In this document: piece by piece, positions 39,291-53,109 of the stretch
How positions within the stretch are numbered: the first letter of the stretch is position 1
Layout: each line of letters opens with the position of its first letter
Assembly (NCBI RefSeq): GCF_039654945.1
Contig: NW_027361723.1
Location: 3,162,001 to 3,226,000, forward strand
Reading direction: 5' to 3'
Length of the DNA stretch: 64,000 nt
From: Dendrobates tinctorius
Taxonomy: Eukaryota
Program-made: the position numbers and the translations under genes
The notes under the pieces: model-generated
Seen by the model: the letters and a program-made list of their open reading frames with translations, nothing else
What the model was told of the DNA's origin: nothing
Database searches by the model: none

Positions 39291-42200
39291 TCTAGTCACT
39301 TTGGTCACAGCTGTGCCATCGAGCCTGTCACATAGCGCTCAGATATTCATTGGGCCTCACACAATCCAAAAGTGTCCAGTGTCCAAAAGTGTGTGCAGAG
39401 ATTCAAAATCTCCCTTATCCTCTAGTCACTTTGGTCATAGCTGTGCCATCGAGCCTGTCACATAGCGCTCAGATATCAGTGGGCCTCACACAATCCAAAA
39501 GTGTCCAGTGTCCAAAAGTGTGTGCAGAGATTCAAAATCTCCCTTATCCTCTAGTCACTTTGGTCACAGATGTGCCATCGAGCCTGTGACATAGCGCTCA
39601 GATACCAGTGGGCCTCACACAATCCAAAAGTGTCCAGTGTCCAAAAGTGTGTGCAGAGATTCAAAATCTCCCTTATCCTCTAGTCACTTTGGTCACAGCT
39701 GTGCCATCGAGCCTGTCACATAGCGCTCAGATATTCATTGGGCCTCACACAATCCAAAAGTGTCCAGTGTCCAAAAGTGTGTGCAGAGATTCAAAATCTC
39801 CCTTATCCTCTAGTCACTTTGGTCACAGCTGTGCCATCGAGCCTGTCACATAGCGCTCAGATATCAGTGGGCCTCACACAATCCAAAAGTGTCCAGTGTC
39901 CAAAAGTGTGTGCAGAGATTCAAAATCTCCCTTATCCTCTAGTCACTTTGGTCACAGCTGTGCCATCGAGCCTGTCACATAGCGCTCAGATATTCATTGG
40001 GCCTCACACAATCCAAAAGTGTCCAGTGTCCAAAAGTGTCTGCAGAAATTAAAAATCTCCCTTATCCTCTAGTCACTTTGGTCACAGCCGTGCCATCGAG
40101 CCTGTCACATAGCGCTCAGATATTCATTGGGCCTCACACAATCCAAAAGTGTCCAGTGTCCAAAAGTGTCTGCAGAAATTCAAAATCTCCCTTATCCTCT
40201 AGTCACTTTGGTCACAGCTGTGCCATCGAGCCTGTCACATAGCGCTCAGATATTCATTGGGCCTCACACAATCCAAAAGTGTCCAGTGTCCAAAAGTGTG
40301 TGCAGAGATTCAAAATCTCCCTTATCCTCTAGTCACTTTGGTCACAGCTGTGCCATCGAGCCTGTCACATAGCGCTCAGATATTCATTGGGCCTCACACA
40401 ATCCAAAAGTGTCCAGTGTCCAAAAGTGTGTGCAGAGATTCAAAATCTCCCTTATCCTCTAGTCACTTTGGTCACAGCTGTGCCATCGAGCCTGTCACAT
40501 AGCGCTCAGATATTCATTGGGCCTCACACAATCCAAAAGTGTCCAGTGTCCAAAAGTGTGTGCAGAGATTCAAAATCTCCCTTATCCTCTAGTCACTTTG
40601 GTCACAGCTGTGCCATCGAGCCTGTCACATAGCGCTCAGATATTCATTGGGCCTCACACAATCCAAAAGTGTCCAGTGTCCAAAAGTGTGTGCAGAGATT
40701 CAAAATCTCCCTTATCCTCTAGTCACTTTGGTCACAGCTGTGCCATCGAGCCTGTCACATAGCGCTCAGATATCAGTGGGCCTCACACAATCCAAAAGTG
40801 TCCAGTGTCCAAAAGTGTGTGCAGAGATTCAAAATCTCCCTTATCCTCTAGTCACTTTGGTCACAGCTGTGCCATCGAGCCTGTCACATAGCGCTCAGAT
40901 ATTCATTGGGCCTCACACAATCCAAAAGTGTCCAGTGTCCAAAAGTATGTGCAGAGATTCAAAATCTCCCATATCCTCTAGTCACTTTGGTCACAGCTGT
41001 GCCATCGAGCCTGTCACATAGCGCTCAGATATTCATTGGGCCTCACACAATCCAAAAGTGTCCAGTGTCCAAAAGTGTGTGCAGAGATTCAAAATCTCCC
41101 TTATCCTCTAGTCACTTTGGTCACAGCTGTGCCATCGAGCCTGTCACATAGCGCTCAGATATTCATTGGGCCTCACACAATCCAAAAGTGTCCAGTGTCC
41201 AAAAGTGTGTGCAGAGATTCAAAATCTCCCTTATCCTCTAGTCACTTTGGTCACAGCTGTGCCATCGAGCCTGTCACATAGCGCTCAGATATCAGTGGGC
41301 CTCACACAATCCAAAAGTGTCCAGTGTCCAAAAGTGTGTGCAGAGATTCAAAATCTCCCTTATCCTCTAGTCACTTTGGTCACAGCTGTGCCATCGAGCC
41401 TGTCACATAGCGCTCAGATATTCATTGGGCCTCACACAATCCAAAAGTGTCCAGTGTCCAAAAGTGTCTGAAGAAATTCAAAATCTCCCTTATCCTCTAG
41501 TCACTATGGTCTCAGCTGTGCCATCGAGCCTGTGACATAGCGCTCAGATATCAGTGGGCCTCACACAATCCAAAAGTGTCCAGTGTCCAAAAGTGTGTGC
41601 AGAGATTCAAAATCTCCCTTATCCTCTAGTCACTTTGGTCACAGCTGTGCCATCGAGCCTGTCACATAGCGCTCAGATATTCATTGGGCCTCACACAATC
41701 CAAAAGTGTCCAGTGTCCAAAAGTGTCTGCAGAAATTCAAAATCTCCCTTATCCTCTAGTCACTTTGGTCACAGCCGTGCCATCGAGCCTGTCACATAGC
41801 GCTCAGATATTCATTGGGCCTCACACAATCCAAAAGTGTCCAGTGTCCAAAAGTGTGTGCAGAGATTCAAAATCTCCCTTATCCTCTAGTCACTTTTGTC
41901 ACAGCTGTGCCATCGAGCCTGTGACATAGCGCTCAGATATCAGTGGGCCTCACACAATCCAAAAGTGTCCAGTGTCCAAAAGTGTGTGCAGAGATTCAAA
42001 ATCTCCCTTATCCTCTAGTCACTTTGGTCACAGCTGTGCCATCGAGCCTGTCACATAGCGCTCAGATATTCATTGGGCCTCACACAATCCAAAAGTGTCC
42101 AGTGTCCAAAAGTGTGTGCAGAGATTCAAAATCTCCCTTATCCTCTAGTCACTTTGGTCACAGCTGTGCCATCGAGCCTGTCACATAGCGCTCAGATATC

Positions 42201-44171
42201 AGTGGGCCTCACACAATCCAAAAGTGTCCAGTGTCCAAAAGTGTGTGCAGAGATTCAAAATCTCCCTTATCCTCTAGTCACTTTGGTCACAGCTGTGCCA
42301 TCGAGCGTGTCACATAGCGCTCAGATATTCATTGGGCCTCACACAATCCAAAAGTGTCCAGTGTCCAAAAGTGTGTGCAGAGATTCAAAATCTCCTTATC
42401 CTCTAGTCACTTTGGTCACAGCTGTGCCATCGAGCCTGTGACATAGCGCTCAGATATCAGTGGGCCTCACACAATCCAAAAGTGTCCAGTGTCCAAAAGT
42501 GTGTGCAGAGATTCAAAATCTCCCTTATCCTCTAGTCACTTTGGTCACAGCTGTGCCATCGAGCCTGTGACATAGCGCTCAGATATCAGTGGGTCTCACA
42601 CAATCCAAAAGTGTCCAGTGTCCAAAAGTGTGTGCAGAGATTCAAAATCTCCCTTATCCTCTAGTCACTTTGGTCACAGCTGTGCCATCGAGCCTGTCAC
42701 ATAGCGCTCAGATATTTATTGGGCCTCACACAATCCAAAAGTGTCCAGTGTCCAAAAGTGTCTGCAGAAATTCAAAATCTCCCTTATCCTCTAGTCACTA
42801 TGGTCACAGCTGTGCCATCGAGCCTGTGACATAGCGCTCAGATATCAGTGGGCCTCACACAATCCAAAAGTGTCCAGTGTCCAAAAGTGTGTGCAGAGAT
42901 TCAAAATCTCCCTTATCCTCTAGTCACTTTGGTCACAGCTGTGCCATCGAGCCTGTCACATAGCGCTCAGATATTCATTGGGCCTCACACAATCCAAAAG
43001 TGTCCAGTGTCCAAAAGTGTCTGCAGAAATTCAAAATCTCCCTTATCCTCTAGTCACTTTGGTCACAGCTGTGCCATCGAGCCTGTCACATAGCGCTCAG
43101 ATATCAGTGGGCCTCACACAATCCACAAGTGTCCAGTGTCCAAAAGTGTGCGCAGAGATTCAAAATCTCCATTATCCTCTCGTCACTTTGGTCACAGGCA
43201 GCTGTGCCATCGAGCGTGTCACATAGCGCTCAGATATCAGTGGGCCTCACACAATCCACAAGTGTCCAAAAGTGTGCGCAGAGATTCAAAATCTCCATTA
43301 TCCTCTCGTCACTTTGGTCACAGGCAGCTGTGCCATCGAGCGTGTCACATAGCGCTCAGATATCAGTGGGCCTCACACAATCCACAAGTGTCCAGTGTCC
43401 AAAAGTGTGCGCAGAGATTCAAAATCTCCATTATCCTCTTGTCACTTTGGTCACAGGCAGCTGTGCCATCGAGCGTGTCACATAGTGCTCAGATATCAGT
43501 GGGCCTCACACAATCCACAAGTGTCCAGTGTCCAAAAGTGTGCGCAGAGATTCAACATCTCCATTATCCTTTTGTGACTTTGGTCACAGGCAGCTGTGCC
43601 ATCGAGCGTGTCACATAGTGCTCAGATATCAGTGGGCCTCACACAATCCACAAGTGTCCAGTGTCCAAAAGTGTGCGCAGAGATTCAAAATCTCCATTAT
43701 CCTCTCGTCACTTTGGTCACAGGCAGCTGTGCCATCGAGCGTGTCACATAGCGCTCAGATATCAGTGGGCCTCACACAATCCACAAGTGTCCAGTGTCCA
43801 AAAGTGTGCGCAGAGATTCAAAATCTCCATTATCCTCTCGTCACTTTGGTCACAGGCAGCTGTGCCATCGAGCCTGTCACATAGCGCTCAGATATCAGTG
43901 GGCCTCACACAATCCACAAGTGTCCAGTGTCCAAAAGTGTGCGCAGAGATTCAAAATCTCCATTATCCTCTCGTCACTTTGGTCACAGGCAGCTGTGCCA
44001 TCGAGCCTGTCACATAGCGCTCAGATATCAGTGGGCCTTACACAATCCAAAAGTGTCCACTGTCCACAAGTGTGTGCAGAAATTCTAAATCTCCCCTGTC
44101 CTATAGACACCTTGTACCTTGTTTTACATTACTATATAGTTTGTTGGATTTTGTCTACATTTCTACCAAAA

Positions 44172-47109
44172 ATGAGGAAGGCTGGTGGAAGAGGCCGTGG
44201 AATTGGGCGGGGGTTGGCAGCTGGTAATGATGGTGTTGGTGGTGGATCTGATGGTAGTGGCAAGAGCAAAATAGGACCGAATGCAGGAGGTGCTGACCCT
44301 GCGTCATCGTCTGGCTACATAAGGCCTCGAACGCTTAGTTTTCTAGGAGTTGGCAAACCGCTTTTAAAGGCAGAGCATCAGGAAAAAGTTTTGTCTTACA
44401 TTGCTGACTCAGCCTCCAGCTCTATCGCCTCCTCTTCTTCAGTTGTAAAAAGTAAAAGCACTGAGTCATCATTGGAGGCTCATGTTCATGAACCACACCT
44501 TTCCTTGTGTCCTTCACCCCAACCAAGATTGAAGGATGACGCAGGCCATACTACTGATTACTCCATGGAGCTGTTTTCACATACCATGCCTGGATTATCA
44601 AGTGAAATGGTGAATTACCCAGGCCAAGATGAATCTGACATGGAGTGCACTGATGCACAGCCGCTGATGGATGATTCTGCTGGTACATTCACTCAGAGCA
44701 CTACATTGTCCTCGCAGTGTACAGAGCCAGATTTTGACCCTGATGAGACTCAGGTGCCCCTTCCCGCACACTATAACACCATACACGGTGACACAGAGAA
44801 AGGTGCACATGACATAGAAGAGGAGGTGATGGATGACCCAGTTGTTGCCCCAGATTGGCATCCATTGGGGGAAGACGGTGCTGCTTCCAATAGCTCAGAT
44901 GAGGAGCATCCACAGCAGACATCGACATCGCAACAGCTGTTATCTGGCAGGCCCGGAGCACTCCAAAGACAGGTTCCAAACATCAAAAGAGTTGCTGGAC
45001 AGCTTGTACAGAGGGTCAAAAGATCACAGCGTGCTAGGCCGCAAAATGTCTGCCAAAGTAGGAAGAGTGCAGTGTGGCACTTTTTTGAACAAAATCCTCA
45101 TGATCAGGCCAAGGTTATCTGTAAGAAGTGCGCAAAGACCTTTAGCCGAGGGAAAAATCTGAAAAATTTGAATACCAGTTGCATGCTTAGACATTTAACC
45201 AGCATGCACTTGCAAGCGTGGACACAACACCAAACCTCAAGTGCCACATGTGCAACTGATCACAACGAAGGTAGTCAGCAACGCTACATTGTTTCCCCCA
45301 CTGTAAGCCCACCGGTTAGCACAGCAGCAAATGTTGAGGTGTCGTTGCAAGACCACAGCAGTCAGGGAATCCCACTGTTATATCAGTCAGCAGTCGTACG
45401 AGCACTCCATCTGCAGCTGCCACTGTTGCACACGATGTGTCCCCCTATCGAGCAGCTAGTGGAAAGCTTCAGCAGGCTGTGTTGCAGATGATGTGTTTGG
45501 GCGACAGACACACCGCCGAGGTGCTGGCCGAGTACTTGAAGCGACAAACTGAGTCATGGCTGGGCAGTGTACATCTTGAGGCAGGCAAGGTAGTTAGTGA
45601 TAACGGCCGTAATTTTGTGGCAGCCATAGCCCTTTCAAAACTCAGCCACATACCTTGCTTGGCTCACACCTTGAACCTGGTGGTGCAGTGCTTCCTCAAA
45701 AATTATCCGGAGTTAACAGCCCTGCTCCAGAAGGTGCGAAGACTGTGCGCGCACATCCGCCGGTCGCCTGTACACTCCGTTCGTATGCAGAAGCTGCAGC
45801 GATTGCTACACCTTCCCAAACACCGCCTCATTATCGACATTGCAACAAGGTGGAACTCCACCCTGCACATGGTGGAGCGGCTGTGCGAGCAGAGGCAGGC
45901 CATAATGCATTTGTGGGAGGATACACGGCCAGGCACTTTGAGAGCAGACATGGAGTTGACAGGCGTGCAGTGGTCGAAGCTGAAAGACCTTTGTAAAGTC
46001 CTTCAGTGTTTTGAGGAATGCACACGGCTGGTAAGCGCAGACGACGCCATCCTAAGCATGAGCATCCCACTTATGTGTCTGCTCATGCAAACTTTGACGC
46101 ACCTTAAGGAGCAGGCGTCTGCAGCCAATGTTGATGAGGAGGAAGAGGAGGAGGGAATCCTTGATGACATTCAGCCATTGTCTGCTCAGGGACCTCTCCT
46201 GGACGAGGTGGAGGAAGAAGAGGAGGAGGAGGATGATGATGGGGATGATTACTTAGGGGAGGAGGATGCATCTCGTGGGGCAAGTGAAAATGTTGGCGTG
46301 GCAAGGTCTGGTACAGGGTTTGTGCGTGACTGGAGGGATGTGGATTTGCCAGAAAGTGCTCCTCCACCCAGCACTCGCAGTGCATCATTGACACCGGGAA
46401 CATTGGCCCACATGTCAGATTATGCCTTGCGGATCCTAAAAAGGGACCCCCGCATTGCCAAAATGATGAACGATGACGACTACTGGTTGGCCAGCATCCT
46501 GGATCCACGCTATAAAGGCAAATTACAAAACATCATGCCACAGGAGAACCTTGACCTAATATTGGCTAATAAACAAGCAACTCTGGTAAATCGGTTGCTT
46601 GAGGCATTCCCAGCACACAGCAGCGGTGATGGTTCTCACACGAGCCGTACGGGCCGGGGCAGCTTGGCAGAGGTGTTCGTGGTGCACACAGCAGAAGTGG
46701 CGTTGTAGACAGGGGTTTCATGACAATGTTGTGGACTGATTTTTCAAATACCGCTCACACAACTGGTAATACTGCATCGATGGAAAGTGACAGGAGACAG
46801 CAGTTGTCAACTATGGTTACAAACTACTTTTCCTCCCATATCGATGTTCTCCCACACAGGTCATTCCCCTTTGACTATTGGGCCGCTAAACTGGACACCT
46901 GGCCTGAATTGGCCCAATATGCCTTACAGGAGCTCGCTTGCCCAGCTGCAAGTGTGCTATCGGAAAGAGTCTTCAGTGCAGCTGGATCAATCCTGACAGA
47001 AAAAAGGACCCGTCTGTCAACCCAAAATGTGGATGATCTAACCTTCATTAAAATGAACCACGCATGGGTTTCCAAGGATTTTGTCCCACCCTCCCCTGAT
47101 GACACATAG
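44172..47109 (+). pseudogene. hAT transposase type A (RG-rich N-terminus, BED finger, DDE core, hATC dimerisation domain), disrupted
   Basis: SAVWHFF..CKKC..HLTSMH; SDNGRN, CLAHTLNL, TRWNS, CPAASVLSERVFS; internal deletion at ~45390 removes the first-Asp region; frameshift at ~46660. Confidence 0.92.
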
Positions 47110-47530
47110 GGTGACAGAAAAATGGCTTGCTTTGGTCCACCTCTTCCTGGTACTTCACCTATTTTGCATTTTGCATCAGCTGAATGTCCAACATCAACAT
47201 ATGCCACTTTCTAAAACTCCCTAACTGTGCTGCCTCCCCCCCATGGCCGGGGTCACCACCTACCGCACGACACCGTGCGAGTGCCGTTGCCCTGGACAGG
47301 TGGGTAGGCCGACACTTGGGCGCGGGCACTGGCACAGGGTCCCTCATAGTGCAATCAAGTGTCTCTGACGGTGGTGGTGCACACCCGCCGTCAGACACAC
47401 CGCTGTACTATGAGGGACCCAGTGCCAGTACCGACGCCCACGAGTGGGCCCCCCTTGCTTGGGCAGGGCCCCAGCATTTGCAATCTTTACCTCTCCCTGC
47501 TCCTCCGCTGTGTAATCTGGGCCGTCAAAT

Positions 47531-48415
47531 CCATACTGTGCCTGACACCGTCTGAGCCTGCCTCCTGAGACATATATTTTGAATGTGTACGCTATCCATA
47601 CATGTTATCCGGGGATACGGTACCCTTTCTAACCTTTGTGCAATAACGTGCAATCCATACTGTGCCTGACACCGTCTGAGCCTTCCTCCTGAGACATATA
47701 TTTTGAATGTATACGCTATCCATACATGTTATCCGGGGATACGGTACCCTTTCTAACCTTTGTGCAATCACGTGCAATCCATACTGTGCCTGACACCGTC
47801 TGAGCCTGCCTCCTGAGACATATATTTTGAATGTGTACGCTATCCATACATGTTATCCAGGGATACGGTACCCTTTCTAACCTTTGTGCAATCACGTGCA
47901 ATCCATACTGTGCCTGCCACCGTCTGAGCCTGCCTCCTGAGACATATATTTTGAATGTGTACACTATGCTATCCATACATGTTATCTGGGGATACGGTAC
48001 CCTTTCTCACCTTTGTGCAATCACGTGCAATCCATACTGGGCCTAACACCGTCTGAGCCTGCCTCCTGAGACATATATTTTAAATGTGTACACTATCCAT
48101 ACATGTTATCCGGGGATACGGTACCCTTTCTAACCTTTGTGCAATCACGTGCAATTCATACTGGGCCTAACACCGTCTGAGCCTGCCTCCTGAGACATAT
48201 ATTTTGAATGTGTACGCTATCCATACATGTTATCCGGGGATACGGTACCCTTTCTAACCTTTGTGCAATCACGTGCAATTCATACTGGGCCTAACACCGT
48301 CTGAGCCTGCCTCCTGAGACATATATTTTGAATGTGTACGCTATCCATACATGTTATCCAGGGATACGGTACCCTTTCTAACCTTTGTGCAATCACGTGC
48401 AATCCATACTGGGCG
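47531..48415. repeat. ~124-bp tandem repeat (7 units) in the hAT 3' region; ~3 units in copy D (61283-61695)
   Basis: Unit CCATACTGTGCCTGACACCGTCTGAGCC...GTGCAATCACGTGCAAT. Confidence 0.93.
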
Positions 48416-49720
48416 TGAGAACGGCTGGCGAGCTGTTAAGCAAGCTACAGCACCTGTCCAGACAAGTACAGGGATTCCCTAGCGAGGAGACTTATTTGAT
48501 TGTTTTCAATGTTGGGACAGCAATTTTTGGGGAGCACTATACTCTGGAGAATGATAGATGGGGCCCACCATACACTGGAACATTCCAAAGGTGGACATCA
48601 GACACTGGAGCAGCATTTACAGGGCCCATTATACACTAGAGCATTAGAAATGGGGCCCATTATGTTTGGAGCATTATTTGGGCCGATAAGACAGTGGAGC
48701 TTCATCCATGGGGACCAACATATACTGTAGCATTATGTGGAGCTCATCATATACTGTTTCATACATTATATGGGACCAATGATTCTGTATGGAGAAATAG
48801 ATGGGCCTCGTCATGAGATGTAAAAAGTGAGGTATTTTTCATTGTACTATACCGCTATTTATCTGCCGTATCGGAGCATGATGAGTTGTGGTATGTGTTA
48901 AAGGGGTGCTCTTTCGCCCAGGGCACATGAAAACCTGCAGCCAGCCCTCCCCCCCCCACAACTTTAGCCAAATAACCCCCATTTTTCAGTGCGTAACTTG
49001 TATTATGAAGTTAATTAAGGTTGACAAGCTTAAGTAAGAAGAATTGATGCTTTTGGCATTCAAATGGGCACTGTAGGTGTGTTTCCTGTCCTCCTCTCAC
49101 TGCCGACTTTTATTCCCCATTGACTTACATTGGGTTTCGTGTTTCGGGACGACCCCGACTTTTCCCTATAATCGGACGATCTTGCTCAACCCGACTTTTG
49201 GAAAAGTCGGGTTTCACGAAACGAAACGCGACCCTAAAAAACCAAAAGTCGCTCAACTCTAATTGCAGCTCATTTTTTCTTCTCCTATTAGTGTGCATCC
49301 ATCCCTATCCATCTACATTGGTTGGTTGAAAACACTATATAGGAGTAGATAGAGGAGCCTTTTTTCTGGCTTGTGCCCTTCAGCTGCAGCCAGATTAGTA
49401 TTACCCAATTTTTTTGGAGCCTCATCTTTTGCATTGTAGGTTACCTGCCTGCATTGTAATAGCTCCAGAAAGTTGGTGATACTCTCACTTTCAAATCTTT
49501 GGTCACATCCTTTTAGTTCCCCCCCCCAAAAAAAAAAACAACAAAGTTCACCAAACACTACATTTGAAAGTTGTGTAGGCCACATTAGCTCCCATTAAAG
49601 TGTAGTCGACACACGCACTGCATACAATTAGTGTTTCTTATACCTGTAACCAGCTGTTCAGGAATAAGCACACTAAGGCCCCCTTTGTACTTTTCTGCCT
49701 ATCTTTATCAGTCTAGCAAG

Positions 49721-52700
49721 ATGAAGAAGGCAGGGAGTAAGGCACGTGGGCGTGGAGTTTCAACAGGGAGAGGACGTGGGGATTCTGCAGGGAGAGGACG
49801 TGGGGATTCTGCAGGGAGAGGACGTGGGGATTCTGTGCCTGCTGTTGGCACCAGTGACTCAGCATCTCCCAGTTTTAGCAGGCAACAGTCCTTTATGTGC
49901 AGCTTTGTAGGACCTCACCGTACCCCACTGCTGCGGGAGGAACAAATTGAAGCCGTTTTCGGATGGATGGCAGCTAACGCATCGACTTCAATTACTTCCA
50001 CATCCTCTCAGGGCCAGAGCACCGAAGAGCAACCATCTGTCTCTTCACCACCTGCCAAAGTGCCCAGGCAGTCACAGAGCCCTGGACAGGAGCCATCACG
50101 GTCTCTACTTCTGTTCTCGGAATCTGTTGGTTTGGAAAGAGGGGGCCCGCCAAGCAGCATTCCAGAATGTGAAGAAGAGGGAGTATGCAGTGATGCGCAA
50201 CTTCTTTGTCCCTCTGAATCTGAAGAGGCGGGTGGGCCAGTGCCTATGGTCAGCACACCTCCGTACGCATCAGATGATGACGAGACACAGGTGCCACTTT
50301 CTGTTGCGTACGGTGCTGGCGAGACAATCCAGGAGAAGCAGGTGTTTGAAGAGGGGAGTGTAGATGATGAGGTCCTTGACCCATCATGGCGTGAGGAACA
50401 GGAAGGTGGTGGGAGCAGCTCTGAGGAAGAGATTCCCCTAACGGCCAAAACCGGAGGGAGAGGGAGGGGGCAGACTTGGTTGCCTGTAGCCTCCACTTCA
50501 ACACCCGTTAGGAGCATTACACTTTCAAAAGGGAAAACGGGCGTGGTCCTTTTTTGACACAGTTGCAGATGACATTTGCTTTGTCAAATGCAAGCTGTGT
50601 CATCAGAGAGTCAAAAGAGGGAAAAATGTCAGCAACCTCAATACCACTAATATGTGGAAACATGTGCAGGCCAAGCACGAGGTGGAGTTACACAGACACA
50701 CTGAAGACGTAGGCCAACGTACAGCAGCACCTACCACCTATTCAGCTCGTGTTGGGGCCTCTTCCTCCAGCTCACACACAGCTGGTTCGGCTTCCTCACA
50801 GGATCGCCAAGGAAGAACCTCTGGCACTGTTGTCCGGAGACCCTGTGACATTCCACCCACAGTACCACGTTACAAGTCTTCCTCACACTCCCAGGCCACT
50901 CGACAGCCATCGGTAGCACAGGCATGGGAGAAAAGGCGGCCATACTCGGCTAACCATCCCCGAGCACAGGCTCTGAATGCTGGCATTGTCAAACTACTGG
51001 CACTTGAAATGCTCTCATTCAGGCTGGTGGAGACTGACACCTTCTGGGACTTCATGGCATTGGCAATCCCACAATACACCGTGCCCAGCTGCTTTTATTT
51101 CAGCAGGCGAGCTGTCCCTGCCCTGGAGAAACATGTGGAGGCAATCATAAAACATGCGCTACTAAACGCCATCAGTAGCAAGGTCTACCTGACCACCGAT
51201 GCGTGGACCAGTAACCATGGACAGGGATGATACCTTTCCCTCACTGCCATTGGGTCAATGTTGTGGAGCCGGGTACAGATCTGGAGAGTGGTGCTCTACG
51301 TGTTCTGCCAACTCCACGGATTGCAGGAATCCAGTCTGTACACATTGACTCCTCCTCCTTCTCAAGTTCCTCTGAAACAGCGCAGCAGGAGCCTGTTACG
51401 ACCGATATGAGCTCAGCCGTGGCCAAACGTCAACAGGCCGTACTGAAATAATTTATTTGGGGAATCGAAGCCACACAGCGCAGGAGCTCTGGAATGCCAT
51501 CAAGCAGGAGAGCGACGTGTGGTTTCTGCCAGCGAATCTCCAGCCGGGCTTGGTAGTGTGTGACAATGGACGAAATCTGGTGGCAGCTCTTGGCCTAGGC
51601 AACCTCACTCACATCCCATGTCTGGCACATGTGCTCAACTTGGTCGTGCAGAGCTTTCTGAGGGACTATCCGGATCGTGATGCACTGCTGCACAAGGTCC
51701 GCATAGAGTGCGCTCACTTGCGGCGTTCCAGCACGGCAAGGTCGCGCCTTGCTGCTCTGCAGCGCCGATTACGCCTTCCGGAACATCGCATCATATGTGA
51801 CCTACCCACCAGGTGGAATTCTACTTATCATATGTTGGAGCGGTTGTGTGAGCAGCAGGCAGCAGTCACGGAGTACCAGCTGCATCAGGCGCAAACAAGT
51901 CGCACTGTGCGCCGGTCACACTTCAGCACCACTGAGTGGGCCTCTATGAAGGACATCTGCCTCGTTTTGCGTGCCTTCGATGATTACACGAGGATGGCGA
52001 GTGGAGATGATGCACTAGTCAGCATGACTGTCCCCCTTATCTGCCTGCTTCAAAAAACACTGCAAGCACTAAGGGATGAGGTTTTGGAAGAGGTGGAGGA
52101 TGAGGAGTCCCAAATGCCATCTGCTTCTGGACAGTCTGCGCTACGTGCTTCCTCACAAAGGCCTAGGCAGGGGACACTTTGTGAGGAGGATGAGGAGGAG
52201 TCGATGGAGGAGGAAGACATCTCTCCAGAGGAGGGAGGTACACAAAGCTCTAGTCAGTATGTACAGCGAGGGTGGGGTGATGCAGAGCAGGCAGAGATCA
52301 CGCCTCAAGCAGGGGACAGCGGTTCTTTGGCAGTTGGGAGTCTGCAGCACATGGTTGACTTCATGCTGCAGTACCTGAGAAACGACCGCCGCATCGCCCA
52401 CATTCTCTACTCGGCTAATTATTGGGTGTACACCCTCCTAGATCCTCGCTACCGGGACAACTTGCAAACCCTCATACCAACGTTGAACCGGGAGCGTAAA
52501 CTGCGGGAGTACCAAGACACACTGGTGCAGTCCATCATGTTTTCCATTCCACCCGACAGCAGTGGTGCTAGTGCTTTACAAAGCACCTCTGTGCGTCGAG
52601 CCAGTGGAGGAAACTCTGCACAAAGAGGGAGCAGAGGCAGCGCCTCAGCACAAGGCAAGACCACTATGGCCCAAATGTGGCAAAGTTTTGTGTGTCCGCC

Positions 52701-53049
52701 ACAATTGTCTACACCATCACTGACGGCTCCAGTCAGCAGGAGGCAACGTTTCCGTCAGATGGTGACAAACTACATGTCTTGCCCTGTGACTGTACTCCAA
52801 GATGGCTCTTCCCCCTTCAAGTTTTGGGTCTCTAAGCTGGATACATGGCCAGAGCTTAGCCAGTATGCATTGGTGGTGCTGGCTTGCCCTGCTGCCAGTG
52901 TCTTATCGGAACGCGTCTTTAGTGCCGCAGGTGGTGTACTAACATACCGTCGCACGCAAATTTCTTCCGATAACGTCGACCGACTTACTTTTCTGAAAAT
53001 GAACAAGGCCTGGATCTCCCCAGAATTTGCCAGTCCTCTTCCCGACTAA
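49721..53049 (+). pseudogene. hAT transposase type B (distinct paralogue), with frameshifts and a nonsense codon
   Basis: MKKAGSKARGRG; WSFF..CKLC..KHVQAKH BED finger; LTTDAWTS, CDNGRN, CLAHVLNL, TRWNS, CPAASVLSERVFS; lesions at ~50540, 51228, ~51248, ~51450. Confidence 0.92.
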
Positions 53050-53109
53050 ATAATTGGTTGGCAACTGTATCCAGGTCTCCTGTTGTGTTCATGTTTCTAC
53101 CACCTGAAC

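Larger units (their letters stand above)
32636..44100. repeat. 129/130/133-bp satellite array inside hAT copy A (~48 units, two CR1 insertions)
   Basis: Unit AATCTCCCTTATCCTCTAGTCACTTTGGTCACAGCTGTGCCATCGAGCC...AAAAGTGTGTGCAGAGATTCAA. Confidence 0.97.
31848..49261 (+). mobile_element. Large hAT transposon, copy A (17.4 kb including CR1 insertions)
   Basis: TIR TAGAGTTGAGCGA at 31848 and TCGCTCAACTCTA ending at 49261; AAAGTCGG/CCGACTTT subterminal repeats; internal transposase; flanking 8-mers TATACCAC and ATTGCAGC do not match. Confidence 0.9.

Noticed and set aside
32636-44100. CRISPR-like array or repeated 81-aa peptide genes
   Set aside because: Units are contiguous with no unique spacers, there are no cas genes and the context is eukaryotic; the ORFs are satellite translations
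43794-44171. N-terminal extension of transposase A in the ORF track
   Set aside because: Runs through satellite from a non-ATG start; the likely start is the ATG at 44172, matching the RG-rich start of B
44172-53049. Domesticated ZBED host genes
   Set aside because: Multiple disabling lesions, association with TIRs and a second near-identical copy indicate transposon copies
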